Translations under genes and position numbers: made by a program | Shown: positions 11,411 to 24,499 of the stretch, in pieces | Layout of the letters: each line of letters starts with the position of its first letter | Position numbering within the stretch: position 1 is the stretch's first letter | Assembly (NCBI GenBank): GCA_013265495.1 | Contig: MU058658.1 | Location: forward strand, 62,001 to 126,000 | Direction of reading: 5' to 3' | Length of the DNA: 64,000 nt | Origin: Vicugna vicugna | Taxonomy: Eukaryota | Notes under the pieces: model-generated | What the model saw: the letters and a program-made list of their open reading frames with translations, nothing else | Told to the model about the DNA's origin: nothing | The model's database searches: none

Positions 11411-13317
11411 TTTTTTAAATTGCCTATAACACAGAGAACTATAATCACTACCTTGTAATAACCTACAATAAAAAAGAATCTGAAAAAGACTCTATGCTGT
11501 GTGCATGGGAAATGAACACAGCACTGTAAACCGACTATACTTCAATGCAAATTAATTAATTAATCAAATAAAATACGTTTTAAAAATTGCGTCTGTTTAA
11601 GGTGGACAACGTGATGTTTCGATATCCATGCCCATTGTGACATGATGACCATAATCAAGATAAATAGCGTATCCATCACCTCATATGGTTTCCTTTGGTT
11701 TTGTTTGTTTGTTTGCTTTGTTTTTTGTGAGAGATCTATTCTCTTAGCAAAGACCCAGTATTCAATACAGTATTTTTTAAATTGTTTGTTTATTAATATT
11801 TTTGTTGGGGGTAGGTAATTAGGTTTGTTGATTGATTGATTGATTGATTTTTAATGAAGGTACTGGGGATTGAACCCAGAACTGTTCGGTTCTTTTGCCT
11901 GCTTTTTTAACTGGGTCATTTGTCTTTATCCAGAGATGTTTCAGTTCCTATCCCCTCACAGATTTTATAAGTAAGGAAGTGGAAGCACAGAGAGGTTAAG
12001 TGATTTGCCCAAGAATGCACAGCTAAGAACTTCAAAAGCCAGAAAACAGGAACCCAGGCCACATTGTTGGTGGAAAGGACAGCAGAGAGGCCGTCACCCG
12101 TTTGGACTGAATTTTACAGACATATGGTCATTCTGTGTTCTGAGAAACAGCTCCAGACAGTGTCCTAGAATAGAATTGTTCAAGCATCTCCAAAGGGCCT
12201 GGTTTGTACCTACCTCAGGGCCTTTGCACATGCTAGATGTTCAGCCAGGAGAGTCCTTCCCCAGACATTCCCCTCACCATCCAGGTCTTAGCTCCCATAT
12301 CATTGCCTCAGAGGGCCATTTCCAGGGTTACTCTCTGAAATCGTGGAGTTCACTTGTCAATTTACTTACCATCTCCTCCTTCCAGAAGAATTTAAGTTCT
12401 CTGAGGTCAGGTCGCTTGTCTACATTGGATCCGGCTCCTGCCTCCATGCCCAACCCCAGCCCTGTCTCTCCTCAACCCTCTGTGTGCTCCTGGACATTTT
12501 TACTTCTCCAAACAGACCACATTTTCTCTTGCGATGCTACCTAGCAGAAGAGACAAACAACACAGGTGTGCTGAAAGAAATAATGAAAATAGCAAACGTG
12601 AATTCTGGAAATGAACTGTTTAAAAAAAATGAGCAACGCACAGGTTAGAATCATAGACATTGTCTTCTCCTAAGAAAACACATGCTGTTTTTGCCCAAGT
12701 TCTGATCCTTCTCCGGTTCCGGAAGAGACTCCACGTACAGTATCAGGTTAGTGAGGTTTCCTGCAGATCTCAGCCAGGAGACAGGGAAGCCCCCAGGAAG
12801 GCCCCCTGCGGCCCTGGCTCCTCGCAGGTTGCAGTCCCTGCACACTGAAGGGGGCTGTGCCACCAGCAGACGTGGCAGGGTGACTGACTTCTGAGGCTGT
12901 GGCTTCCACCTTGCTCTCTCAGGCCACCTCCTCTGGGGGGCTCCAGCGGGCATGTCGGAGAGGCCACGTGGTTGGGCTCCAGTTTGTGAGTCAGAACGTG
13001 CATTTTGGGGCCATCGAGCAAAGCAGCTCGTGGTGGGGACCAGCCTGGTGTCACACAGACCTGGTCCACAGCCTGACTCTGCTCCTTCAGGCTGGTGTCA
13101 GAACCTCTGTGATCTCAAGCTCTTCCATCATAAGGTGGGGATAAGATCGGTGCCTTCCCTGTGGGTTCTTGGAATTAAATGAGTTGATCCATTTCCAAAG
13201 AGCTTGGCATGGGGCCTGGAAATGTCACCAATGTGTCACCTGAAGTCGCTGTATCCAAACCCTGCATTCGTGTGTCTGTAAACATGCATATAAGGGCACA
13301 CACAATGTATTATTTAA

Positions 13318-13348
<31 letters not shown>

Positions 13349-13821
13349 GCAGGACTCCCAAATAAATGGAAACTCTCCTCATTCTAACACATATATTAGT
13401 GGAATTTGTTCGGTAAGCATTTAATGGACACCAACCGACTTCAAGACACGGTGAAAGGTCCATAGGGCAGAGGATGACTTCCTTGCAAAATAAAGTTGCG
13501 AAATGACCAATTCTCAAACCGTAGAGTAAAAACTGCTTAGAAGCAGAATGTAGCGATAACAATTTGCCAAACAGATGGTTAGTATTAAACGTTTCCTTTC
13601 GTGTTTTGGAAAGGGTTGTCTCCAGTATGCTGTCTGTCCCAGACTTTGTTCAGGAGAGCCGTTCCCGGCCTTAGTTACACGGATGTATATCCTACTTGGA
13701 ATGCAGCCTGGCCTTTAGCTCAATGGAAATTCTGTGGGATTCTGGAGAGCTGAGGGTCCATCCCGGCCACCTGGCCTCGTGTGAAAGTTCTAATATCTTT
13801 TCCCCATCTGTTTGCATTCCC

Positions 13822-14235
13822 TAGGGTCGGTTCTTGGGGGAGGTGAGTGAGGCTGTCAGCTTGGGTACAAAATTTAAGTGTGGGGATGAGGGTGGCAGGT
13901 ACAAGCATCTCAGTGATCAAGAGAAATAATATTTTAATGCAACATTTCCTTAACATTTCAAAATTAATGAGAAAAAACAACAATGAACAAAATATCAACA
14001 TTTTAAATAAAGGCAGGATTTCCCAGGATCGGAGTAAGATGAGGTGAGGGTGGTGAAGGTCTAATCCTTCGTAAGTATAAATCTTGGAGTTGTACAAATC
14101 ATGGGTTTGGGGCATTATATTTTTTAATTTTTAAACATATTGCATTAAAATATTAACCTTGAATAATGAAGTTTACGTCTCTCCCTTAAATTTTGCTCCA
14201 GCGGTGAACACCTGACCGGCCTCATCCTAACCACT
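13822..14235. mobile_element. hAT-type non-autonomous DNA transposon (MER96-like)
   Basis: Long imperfect inverted termini (..CAAAATTTAAG.. / ..CTTAAATTTTG..). Confidence 0.55.
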
Positions 14236-14247
14236 CTTGCTTCGTCT

Positions 14248-14742
14248 TAAGGTGGGAAGCCCCTTGAAAAGACCAACAGGACCCCCAGGCAGGCCACTAT
14301 TTTCCTGCCCGCGCCATCTGGTTCCCTGGCCCAGTGGCATTATTTCGCTTTTTGCTTCTGTAAAACTGCTTGCTTCTAGGAAAGTGGAACTTACGCCTAA
14401 GATTCTATTGGTTCCCTAAGCTCACTCCTGATTGGTCCATATGTGACACCTCATTTGCATAAAGCTCACTCCGGATTGGTCCATTTCTATCACTCCTGAT
14501 TGGGCCATTTCTAAAAAGCTCATTCCTGATTGGTCGACTTTGTTATATCTTATTTGCATGTGATGTTGCAGAGTCTAGACTGGCAGCCTATAAAAGCCTA
14601 TGTAAACCTACAGACGGGGTCCAGAGCTTTGAGTGTTAACTCTTCTGGGCCTGCTGGCGTCATAAACCTGAGTTCTCCAATTGTCCCAGTGCTGCTTGGT
14701 CTCTCTCCAGGATCCAGGTTGCTGTCACACGGAGCTGCAACT
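14248..14742 (+). mobile_element. ERV1-class solo LTR, family A copy 1
   Basis: 4-bp TSD GTCT; tandem CTCACTCCTGATTGG repeats, ATTTGCAT, TATAAAAG; homologous to 52998-53494 and 61554-62023. Confidence 0.85.
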
Positions 14743-15354
14743 GTCTCAGATCTTTTCCCATCCCGACCACAGACACCCTTCCTCCATTGCATCTGGCTTG
14801 AACAAGAACAAGAACTACAAGAATTACAAGAACAAGAACTCCTAACTGCCCCTCCGTGACCCAGTCTCATCCATCTTGTGAAATGTTGATACTACTTACC
14901 AGCAGCCCAAGCTACAGTTCAGGATTAATTCCTCTTCTGCCCCTTCTCCCCCAAAGCCCGCACCCCATCCACCTGCAAGCCCTGTGGTTCCGCCTTCGCC
15001 TCCCACTATCCAGACATCCCTACACACTGCCCTCTCCCCCGCTCCCGGCCCCGTCCCCACCCCATCCCCTAGTCTGGGTTAGCTCAGTGGACTCCACTAT
15101 TTTCTCACCTCTTTTCCGTTCTCTGCCTAGAGTTTCCCAGAACAGGGGACCGATCGGTACCAGTGTGATGTCATTCCAGGTGGTTCGGCTTTGAGGACCA
15201 CTGACTTTCACCATAAACGTTCCGCCCACCTCAGCTCTTTACATTCCACTGCAGAGGAAGTCTCTCTCAGGTGCTAGCAGGCCCTAGGCTCCCCCAGAGC
15301 ACGTCTAATTATTTCTCTTTTTCAGATATTTTTATCACTTTAATCATTTAAAAA

Positions 15355-15635
15355 AATTTTTTGTTCTCTGAGGGGTAATATTTATTTCTTATCATTATTT
15401 TCTGTGTAACAGAGGTACTGGGGATTGAGCCCAGGACCTCATGCGTGCTAAGCACTCACTCTACCACTGAGCTATATCCTCCCTCCAAAGATTTAATTTT
15501 TTGTTTGTTTGCTTTTAGGGGGGTGGTAATTAGGTATATTTACTTATTTATTTTTAAAGGAGGTACTGGGGATTGAACCCAGGACCTCATGCATGCTAAG
15601 CATGTGCTCTACCACTAAGCTACACCCTCTCCCCC
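15355..15635 (-). mobile_element. Two tandem tRNA-derived SINEs
   Basis: Two GAGGTACTGGGGATTGA..CTCTACCACT units. Confidence 0.85.
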
Positions 15636-16289
15636 AGGTTTAATTTTTAGATCACGGTGGAAGGTACAGATATTTCCCATGCACCCCCTGCCCCACACAT
15701 ACATAGTCCCCACCCACCCCTGTTGTCAGCATCCCGCACCAACGCAGGACACTGGTTACAGTGGGTGAAGCTGCGTGGGCACATCATCGTCACCCAGGTA
15801 CACAGTTTACATCCCCCTTCGTTGTATCCGTGAACACCATGGGGGTCTGGACAAGTGTCATGACGTGTGCCCACCGTCACAGCTTCGTCCACGCTCGCTC
15901 TCCCGCCCTGGAGACCCGCAGCTCCGGGCTGTAGCTAAGCTCCACGCCCCCTGCTCCTCCTTGAGCCCTGGGAGGTGAGGACCGTTCTCATCCCGTCCGA
16001 ACTGAGGGGCTGGAGTCCCAAGGTCGGCGGCTGAATCCGCCGTGCGCATTTCTGACACCGAGCAGAGCCATGGATGGTGGGGCGTTAAGGGGACAGGTGA
16101 CTGTGGCAAAGGATGGGGAGGGTCTGGAAAAATACGCCGGAGGCGAAAGTCTGTTCTTAAAACCCCGGAGCCATTCTTGATGTCAGAGTCTTCAGGATTT
16201 AGGGATTTGAGATTTTTTTTTTTTTTTTTTTGTCATGTTTTGTTACAATCCACCCCGCCCTTGTGCTCCGCCCTTTCCGTCCCACAAAA

Positions 16290-16880
16290 AGGACACCTGG
16301 AGTGTTCATCCCGAGTTCTAGGCCTCTCTGTTCAGGAAAAGTCAGCTGACGGCACCCCAGACTTTAGGAAAACCCGAGTGTGTGTTGGAAACCCGTCGCT
16401 GTGTGGAGGAGTTTGCTCCAGGGCAGGTTGGCGGGGCATCAGCGATGTCTCAGACGGGCCCGCCTTTCCACCGGAGTGCCTTTCAGAATCACGCGCCCTG
16501 CGCCAGGGGTGTCTGGCGCCTGCTTCCATCTGTGACATTTTTCTCGTGGCTCATGGCTGTAAACAGCAGCCCCCTTTATCTACAGTTTGCAGCAGCTGCT
16601 GGTGACCCAGGTCCTCCGCTGCCTCCAGCAGAGCATCCTGTGCTGGTCAGAATCCGCTGACACGCCGCGGGGCCGGCGCAGCTGTCGCGGGGATTAGCTG
16701 TAAGGGAAGCTGGTCCCCATGACCAATGGCTCAGGTATGTCCGCCTCCGGGCAGCATGAGCCTGAGGGTTTGCATTCTGGAGCTCAGTGGCTTGCAAAAA
16801 AGGAGATGCGCACAACTCCAAAACGTACCCAGAGACACAGAACGCAAAACGCAGGTGACGCGTGGGCCGCCTCCACCATG
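16290..16880. promoter_or_regulatory. E-box-rich, CpG-containing enhancer-like element
   Basis: CAGCTG at 16343, 16593, 16679; CACCTG/CAGGTG near 16294 and 16852; GGATTA 16691-16696; CCAAT near 16723. Confidence 0.5.
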
Positions 16881-17504
16881 TACAACTATTGGTTGGGGCA
16901 CTGGGGCGCTGAGATTCCCTTCTGCAGTTTGCTCAGGGTATCTTTGCCCATGGCTCCTGGGATGCTGTATTTCTCACAGGTCCAAGGAAGGGTGCTTGCA
17001 GTGAAACGATCTCAGTGGGGGAAATGTCTGTGAAAGTCGCCCCAGGGATGGAAGCCTAGAGCCAGAGAGGCCAGAGATATAAACAAAAGCTTTATCAGTA
17101 TCTCATTTCCCTCCTTGAAGCTGACAGGCGTCTGCAGCCCTGGATGCAGTGAGAATTAAGCAAGATTAGGATGAAAGGTTATTATCTTTAAAATTAAATA
17201 TCACCTCTTTCTGGCTTTTTCCCTCCAGGGGGGCAGTGGGGTTTGGAATATGAGGAAGATGCAGTCAGACAGGCAATTAAGAAAGGTTACTTCAGCTTTG
17301 AGTGTGAGAAGTGATGGGGGGACAGTGTCTTTGAAAAGTTTGAAAACAGACAAAAGTAGCAAAAATGTGTGCTTGTACATGCATTATTTCAACAACAGCC
17401 AGCTCCTGCCCCAGCCTGTTGTAGCCACACTCCTGTCACAGCACCCACATTATTTTCAAAGCAAACCCCAGACACGATACCACTTCATCCACAGAGAGTT
17501 CCCA

Positions 17505-18062
17505 TACCTCCCCTTTGGTAACCATACTTTGTTCTCTATGTCTGTGAGTCTGTTTCTGTTTTGTAAATAAATTCGTGTGTGTGTGTGTGTGTGTGTGTTC
17601 AGGTTCCACATATAAGTGACATCATATGATATTTGTCTTTGTTGGACTTAGTTCATTTAGTATGATAATCTTGAAGTCCATCCATGTTGCTGCAAATGGC
17701 ATTATTTCATTATTTTTTATGGCTGAGTAGTATTCCATTGTATAAATACACCACAACTTCTTTATCCAGTCATCTGTCAGTGGGCATTTAGGTTGCTTCC
17801 ATGTCTTGGCTATGGTATATACTGTTGCTGTGAACATTGGGGTGCATGTATCTTTCCTTTTTCTTTCTTTTTTTAATGGAGGTACCCTACCCCCACATGT
17901 ATCTTTTTAAAGTAGAATTTTCTCTGGATATATACCCAGGAGTGGGATTGCTGGATCATATGGTAAGTCTATTTTTAGTTTTTTAAGAAACCTCCATGCT
18001 GTTTTCCATAGTGGCTGCACAAAATTACATTCCTACCAGAAGTATAGGAGGGTTCCCTTTTT
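17505..18062 (-). mobile_element. L1 3' fragment
   Basis: ORF 17622-17837 reads [20 protein letters not shown]. Confidence 0.85.
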
Positions 18063-18626
18063 CTAAGGAATGTTTTCTTATTCCCCTCCCAGGTGTGTCA
18101 TTGGCTTCAAGGGAGAGACCATCACCCCGGCATCAAGAGAATCCAGGGGCAGGTTCCAGCGAGACCACCATCACGGACACCACCTCCGTGGCCTCCCACT
18201 TCCCACGCAGGTTATCCAGCAGACTAGGGGCAAAGAGCTGAAGGGTGGGCATCCATCTCTGGTGCATTTACAGACCGAGAGCGGGGGGGTAGGAGGGGTG
18301 GGGATCAGTGAGAGGGCTTCAGAGAGGACCTGGAGTCCGACTACGTATCATTATGTAAGCGCTGTGAGCAAATTTATTCTCCCTCGAAGGAGAGTAGCAT
18401 TCTAAACAGGGGTGACTCACCCTCAGATTCGCATTTTAGGAAGATTACTTGGGCTGCCAGAATGACTGGTGGGGCGACGATGCTCAGATTCCTGTCTGTC
18501 CAGTACCTCCTCTGTGTTTTTCCCCATATTAACCTTATTGCCTGTACAATTTCCTCCTTAACCTTTTTTATTTAAATGGACTCCCTGCTTCTTTTAATTG
18601 AAATAGTCTTATTAAAGGTAATTTTT

Positions 18627-18896
18627 CATTGAAGTAGAGTTGATTTGCAATATTGTGTTAGTTTCAGGTGTACAGCAAAGTGATTTGGTTTATATATACC
18701 CATTCTTAAAAAAGAATATATATATTCTTGTACATATATGTATATACAACCTTTTTTTATTCTTTTCCATTATAGGTTATTACCAGATATTGACCACAGT
18801 CCCCTGTGCTGTACAGTAAGTCCTTGTTGTTTATCTATTTTATATATGGTACTGTGTATCTGTTAATTCCATACTCCTAATTTATCCTCCCCCTGC
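18627..18896 (-). mobile_element. L1 3'UTR fragment
   Basis: TTGAAGTAGAGTTGATTTGCAATATTGTGTTAG start; TSD AAAGGTAATTTTT. Confidence 0.8.
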
Positions 18897-18909
18897 AAAG
18901 GTAATTTTT

Positions 18910-18990
18910 TTAAACAGAGGTACCGGGGATTGAACCCAGGACCTTGAACAAGCCAAGCAAGCACTCTACCACTGAGCAATTTCCCTTCCC
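18910..18990 (-). mobile_element. tRNA-derived SINE
   Basis: GGGGATTGAACCCAGG..CTCTACCACTGAGC, with TSD. Confidence 0.8.
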
Positions 18991-19069
18991 AAGGGTAATT
19001 TTTCTATACAGTGATGTATGTCAATTATTTCTCAATAAAACTAGAAAGATATTTATAATAGTAATAAAA

Positions 19070-19415
19070 ATATTATATCACTTATGTGGAATCTAAAAAA
19101 GAGAGAGAGACACATACACAAATGAACTTATTTACAAAACAGAAAGAGACTCACAGACATGGAAAACAAACTTATGGTTACCAGCAGGGAAAGGGGGTGG
19201 GAAGAGGTAAATTGGGAGTTTGAGATTTTCAGATACTAACTACTATATATAAAACAGACAAACAACAAGGTCCTACTGTAGAGCAAAAGGAACTATATTC
19301 AATATCTTGCGGTAACTTATAATGAAAAAGATTATGGAAGGAAATATACTTACGGATATGTGTGACTGAAACATTATGCTGTACAACAGAAACTGACACA
19401 ATATTGTAAACTGAC
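19070..19415 (+). mobile_element. L1 3'UTR fragment
   Basis: AAATGAACTTATTTACAAAACAGAAAGAGACTCACAGAC and downstream 3'UTR sequence. Confidence 0.8.
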
Positions 19416-19782
19416 AAGAAGGCCAGTGTGGTTGGAGTCAAGGAGGTGAAGAGTGTGGGAGGAGATGGGGCTGTGGACACAGGCCATGGTGAGGCGAGGG
19501 GACACTGCACTCTGTGAAGTGAGAAATTTGGGTTGGCTTCTAACAGGGGAATAGTATCAGGTCTGTGCTTACACAGGACCCCTCCAAGTGCAAGGCAGAA
19601 GCTGGAAGCGCAGCGAGGAGGCTGCTTCAATGTAGCTCGTCTCACTCTGGGGTCGTGTTCCTCCTCCCTTCACCTACATCCTCTTGACATGTAGCTTCCC
19701 TGTATCTCAGAAGAAGGTACAGGTCTGACCGAAGCATCAGGTCAGCAGCCCCCAGAAGAAGCCAGTTTCCATGAAGACACAC

Positions 19783-20005
19783 CCTGGTTCTCATCTGGGG
19801 TGACCGTGCCCCTGGGAAATATTTCACAATATCTGGAGACATTTTTGGCTGTCACGCTCTGGAATGTGGGGGAGGGGGGAGGCATTGCTCCGAGCATCTG
19901 GCGGGTAGAGACGAGGGATGCGGTTCTACAGCCTGCAAGGCGCTGGGCAGCCCCCAGCAGCAAAGAACAACCCCACTCAAAATGGCAGTAGCGCCCAGGG
20001 TTAGG
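19783..20005 (+). mobile_element. MER20 (hAT-Charlie)
   Basis: GGTTCTCA..CAATATCTGGAGACATTTTTGGCTGTCAC..GGCATCTGGCGGGTAGAG-like sequence. Confidence 0.72.
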
Positions 20006-21488
20006 GGATCTGATCTGCTCTGTCCCAACTCTCTTCTGCTCCAGATTTCACTTTCTTTCTTTTTATTTTCGGTTCACGTGTGTGCCTGTGTGCGTCTATA
20101 TGCGTGTGTAACTATATCATACGTGTATACATTACCTTATACGCGTATAGCCCAGCTCCACACTCTAGCTGTGTGCCCTCAGGCAACTTACTTAACCTCT
20201 CTGGGCCTGGGTCGCCTCATCTTTAAATCAGGGATCATGAAAGTACCCGCCTCACATGGTTGTTGGGAAATGAAGTTAATATGGAAAGTGCCTGTAAACA
20301 GGGCCCAGCGCAGAGAAGGTGTTCAGCCCGTGGGCATCATTCCTGCCATTCCTTTTCTCGGTACTGTCCGACTCGCGACACTGGTATTATTCGGCGGGCT
20401 CTGCGTTGGGCTCCGAGCACGCTGGGGAGGCAGTCACGTCCAAGGAGGGGGACATCACATCACAGGGCAGGCATGGCCATACATTCTAACGGGGGGAGGG
20501 CTCGCGGCCAGGCCACCAGGGGGGAGGGTCCTGACCCCGCTGGGAACGTGGACTCCAGGTTGTGTCGTCCAAGAAGGGCACAGTAATCGACAGCGGAGGC
20601 TCAAGAATTAGCTTTTCTGTCTTAAATCCTGGTTCTGCTCCGTTCTGGCTGTTGGACCTCAAGTAACAAGTTGGCTTCTCCGTGCCTCAGTTTCCCCACC
20701 TGGAACAAAGGCCTATTTCCGGGCAGCCGATGTGTTAGGACTGAGGGGAGTGCATCATGTCAAATCACCAGCCGGAAATACCATCCCCGACAGACAACCC
20801 AACAGTGGCTGGGTTCACCTACCCACCCAACCCCCCCCATTTTCATCCTTCTGACACTTGGCCCGCCCTTTAGGGGACAGCTGGATGTCGCCAGTGTTTT
20901 GTGCAATTTTCACTAACTATGAGGAATGACAAATGCATTTTATAGATTTACATTCCTATTGGGATTCACCTGTCGGTCTCCACAGTCCAGATTTCACTTG
21001 AGCTATCTGAGGAGTTTCCAATTGTTATGTAATTAATTTTTTTTAGTATTAGTTTTATGTGCATGACTCCTGAAAGTTTTTGCTTTTTAAACACAACTTT
21101 TGAGTTATGAAAAAAATTATGTAGAAGCTTTAGGGTAAAGTGATTTGTCCAAAATTCCAGAGACACATGCGTTTGTTTTATCTTTGCTAATTTTTTAACT
21201 TTTTTTTAAATTGAAGTATAGTCAGTTACAATGTGTCAATTACAATGTGTCAATTTCTGGTGTACAGCATAATGTTTCAGTCATACATACATATATTCCT
21301 TTTCATATTCTTTTTCATTACACGTTACTATAAGCTATTGAATATAGTTCCCTTGTTCTCTATATCCGTGAGCCTGTTTCTTTTTTGTTATACTCGTACG
21401 TTTGTTTTATTTTTTAGATCCCACATATGAGTGATACACAGTATTTGTCTTTCTCTGTCTTGTTTCAGTAAATCTATGATATTCTCCA

Positions 21489-21506
21489 GACGCCCTCTGC
21501 TGGCCA
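21489..21506 (-). promoter_or_regulatory. CTCF motif
   Basis: Reverse complement TGGCCAGCAGAGGGCGTC is near the consensus core. Confidence 0.7.
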
Positions 21507-22061
21507 TCCTTTTCAGCATATGATGGTGGTTCCTTCTGAGCCATGCATCCGATGGGGCAGAAACACCAACCACAGGTGGCTGGTGCGAACTGACGGGTGC
21601 TGTAAAGTACACCATGCACTGGATTTCAAAGTCTGTAGGAGAAAAAGAGTGGGATATATCTCGTTAACAATGTTTCACACTGATTACGTGTGATTACACG
21701 TGATCATATTTTGAATCCACAGTTGACCCTTGAACAACACGGATGGAGGGGGTTTGGTTAGGGATGCTGACCCTCCTTGCAGGCGAAAATTTGAGGGTAA
21801 CTTACAGTCAGCCTTCCGCATCTGTGGTTTCTCCACATCCTCGGATTAACGGACCACAGGTTGCGCAGTGCTCTCTTCCTTACTGTAGAAAAACACCTGC
21901 GTCCAAGTCAGCCGTGTTGGGTTAAATAAGATACAGTCTTAAAGCTGATTTTACCTGTTTCTTTTTTTAATGAAGATACTAGGAAATTTTAAATTACATA
22001 TGTAGCTTATGTTATATTTATTTCTCACTGGGCTGGACTATTATAAACCTATGTGCGTATC

Positions 22062-22278
22062 CCAGGATCTCTCAGTCTTGGTAGCACAGACGTCTGGGAC
22101 CAGATTATTCTCTGCTGTGGGGACCGCCCTGTGCACTGTGGGATGTTGAGCAGTGTCCCTGGTTTCCACCCGCAAGATGCCAGAAGCAGCCCCCTCCCAG
22201 CTGTGACAACCGAAAATGTCTCCAGACATTGACAAACTGTCCCCTGAGGGGCAAAATCACCCTAAGTTGAGAACCATC
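22062..22278 (-). mobile_element. MER20 (hAT-Charlie)
   Basis: GTGACAACCGAAAATGTCTCCAGACATTG..GGCAAAATCACC..GTTGAGAACCA. Confidence 0.78.
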
Positions 22279-22326
22279 GATCCATATATTATAATTAAAT
22301 TTATATACAAATAGTAAATAAAATGC

Positions 22327-22533
22327 AGCTGACCCTTGAACAGCACTGGTTTGAACTGGGCAAGTCCACTTTTCTGCAGATTTTTTTTTCAATAGTAAAT
22401 CCTACAGTACAACGTGATCTGCAGTTGATTGGATCTGTTGATACTGAGGAACTACATATACCAAGGGCTGATCCTAAGTTACATGCAGATTTTTCAGCAC
22501 CTCTCATCCCCCACATTATGTAAAGGCCAACTG
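22327..22533. mobile_element. Tigger-derived MITE
   Basis: TIRs CAGCTGACCCTTGA / TAAAGGCCAACTG + TA; a related fragment starts at 21720. Confidence 0.7.
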
Positions 22534-23229
22534 TATATTGACTATTAATTATTGACTATATTTTGAGATATATACATATGTGAAGGGAAAAAATGTATAT
22601 GAAATATAACTACACATGACCCTCCCTGAGCCCCCACCAATCCTCACAATGACCCCAGAGGGTGGGTATTCTTATTACTGACATTTTGCAGATGAGGAAA
22701 GTAAGGCACAGGGAGGTTAAGTGACTGGCCCTAGGATGCACAGTTAATTAACCTGGCTTCAAATCCAGGCCTAATGCTGGTAAGAGTCTGCCCTGCACCC
22801 GTGGGCTGTCCGGTAGGAGAGCAGGATCTCCACCGACCCTGCAGCAGTGGGAGTAGCATTGTAACACTGCATGGTATACTCGAAAGTGCCAGGAGTGTGC
22901 ACACGAAGAGGAAGGAGGGGAGGAGGAGAGGGAGCGGAAGAGAAGGAAGGAAGGAAGAAAAGAAAAAAAAAAAAGAAGGAAAGACGGAAAGAAAGAAAAC
23001 GGACTTGTTTTTAAAAGAGAGAAAAGAAAGAAAAAGAAAACATGGTAACCGTGAGGTGACTGGCATGTTAATTACCTTGGCTGGGATGGTTCTTTCACAA
23101 CGTGCACTTAAATCGTCATGTTGTACAACTTAAATGTATACAATTTTAATTTAATGAAACCTCAATAAAGCTGGCGGGGGGAGAAAAAAAAAGTATCAGT
23201 GCCCTGGCATCTGAGTGCTCCCCATGGGG

Positions 23230-23910
23230 AGGAGTGTGAACAGGGAGCCAGGAGCGTAACTTTCCTCCGTTGGAGGCCAGAAGAGCCCAGAAAGTACGCT
23301 GCACCCCCCGCCTAGGGGACCGGTGTGACGGGGAGGCCCCGGTCCCCCCGCGCTCGTTCTCCCTCCCGCAGACCCGCTACGCGCCGGCCCTCCGCGGGCT
23401 GAGTCCGCGCGCAGCCCCCCGCGGGGAGCGCAGCGCCGCGCCGCGCCGGCAGGACGGAGTCGCGGGAGCAACTGCGACAGGAAGGCGACTGGGGTCGGGC
23501 GGCCGAAGATTCTGGAACATTCTGCCTCCTAAGGTAGAGCCGCACGAACTCTGACATCGTCTCCCCTGCGGAAGAGGGGTTCGGCGAGTGTGGGGGAGGG
23601 GAGCGCCCGCTCGCCCGGAGGCCCCCGCCCCGGAGCCCCGCTTGGAGGCTCGGCGGGGTTTAGACACGCACGCACACGCACTCCAGCTCCCGCGCCTGGA
23701 AAATTCCGGGCCCCGCAGCCCCCCTGCTCCGCCCGCGGCCCCCGCCCCTCCGCCGGGTGGCTGCGGTTTCCACAGCAACGGGCGTCGCCGGCCGACAGCT
23801 CTCCAGGCTGACAAACGACCCAGCAGCCCGGTGGGGGCAGCGGGGGATGGGGCTGGAGCGCCAGCCTGCGCTGCGGAGGCGGGGGGTCCCATTAGCAGTC
23901 CGCTCACGAC
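23230..23910. promoter_or_regulatory. CpG island containing kappaB-like + RFX X-box module 1
   Basis: Very GC/CpG-rich; GGAAAATTCC 23698-23707; GTTTCCACAGCAAC 23766-23779. Confidence 0.8.
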
Positions 23911-24499
23911 TGTGATGCAGTGAAAATGCATCTCCAGACAGGGGTCTGTGCAGAAGGAGAGAGAGGGAAAAATAGCCTGCGGCTTTCTGCAGCGGCTGTT
24001 GGAAATCCCACATCAGCCCAAAGGGCCACTGGTATCATCCACCTGACCTGTTCTCCAAGTTACTCATTCCTTAAACCTCTCATTTATTCTGCAAATGCTT
24101 ATTTAATTAAATAGATGATGCACATAGATAATTCTATTGATATAGGAATTCTGTACCTATTTTAAGCTCCAGGCTTTGTTCCGGGGATACCATGGAGGAT
24201 GAAGGAAAACAAAAAACAAAAACCCGCAGTGCCTGCTCTAATGATGCTTATGACCACGTCTTAGATGCCGCAGCACACACGTGGGAAAATATATAGGGGG
24301 ATGACAGGCGTTGATAAGACCCGGAAAGACATCGCCACCGATTTAGTTTTCTTCCTTTATGACAGTAACACATTTTAAATGGTTGCATCCTAACTCCGTG
24401 GTCGTAATAATCTTACAGGAAATACTGCGTAGTGAAAATTCAACCTCCCCTGTCCCAAGCCATCACTTACCCTTCCTGGAATGTGTAACATCATTCTTT

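Noticed and set aside
14420..14540. Short spaced direct repeats (CTCACTCCTGATTGG) superficially like a CRISPR array
   Set aside because: Mammalian DNA; these are U3 enhancer repeats inside a solo LTR with a TSD.
17221..17238. CTCF-like CCCTCCAGGGGGGCAG
   Set aside because: An extra G disrupts the core spacing; too weak to call by eye.
19982..20611. 209-aa ORF
   Set aside because: Starts in MER20 and crosses low-complexity and MIR-like sequence; no domain.
23196..24013. Multiple overlapping ORFs
   Set aside because: CpG-island artefact; no family similarity or exon structure.
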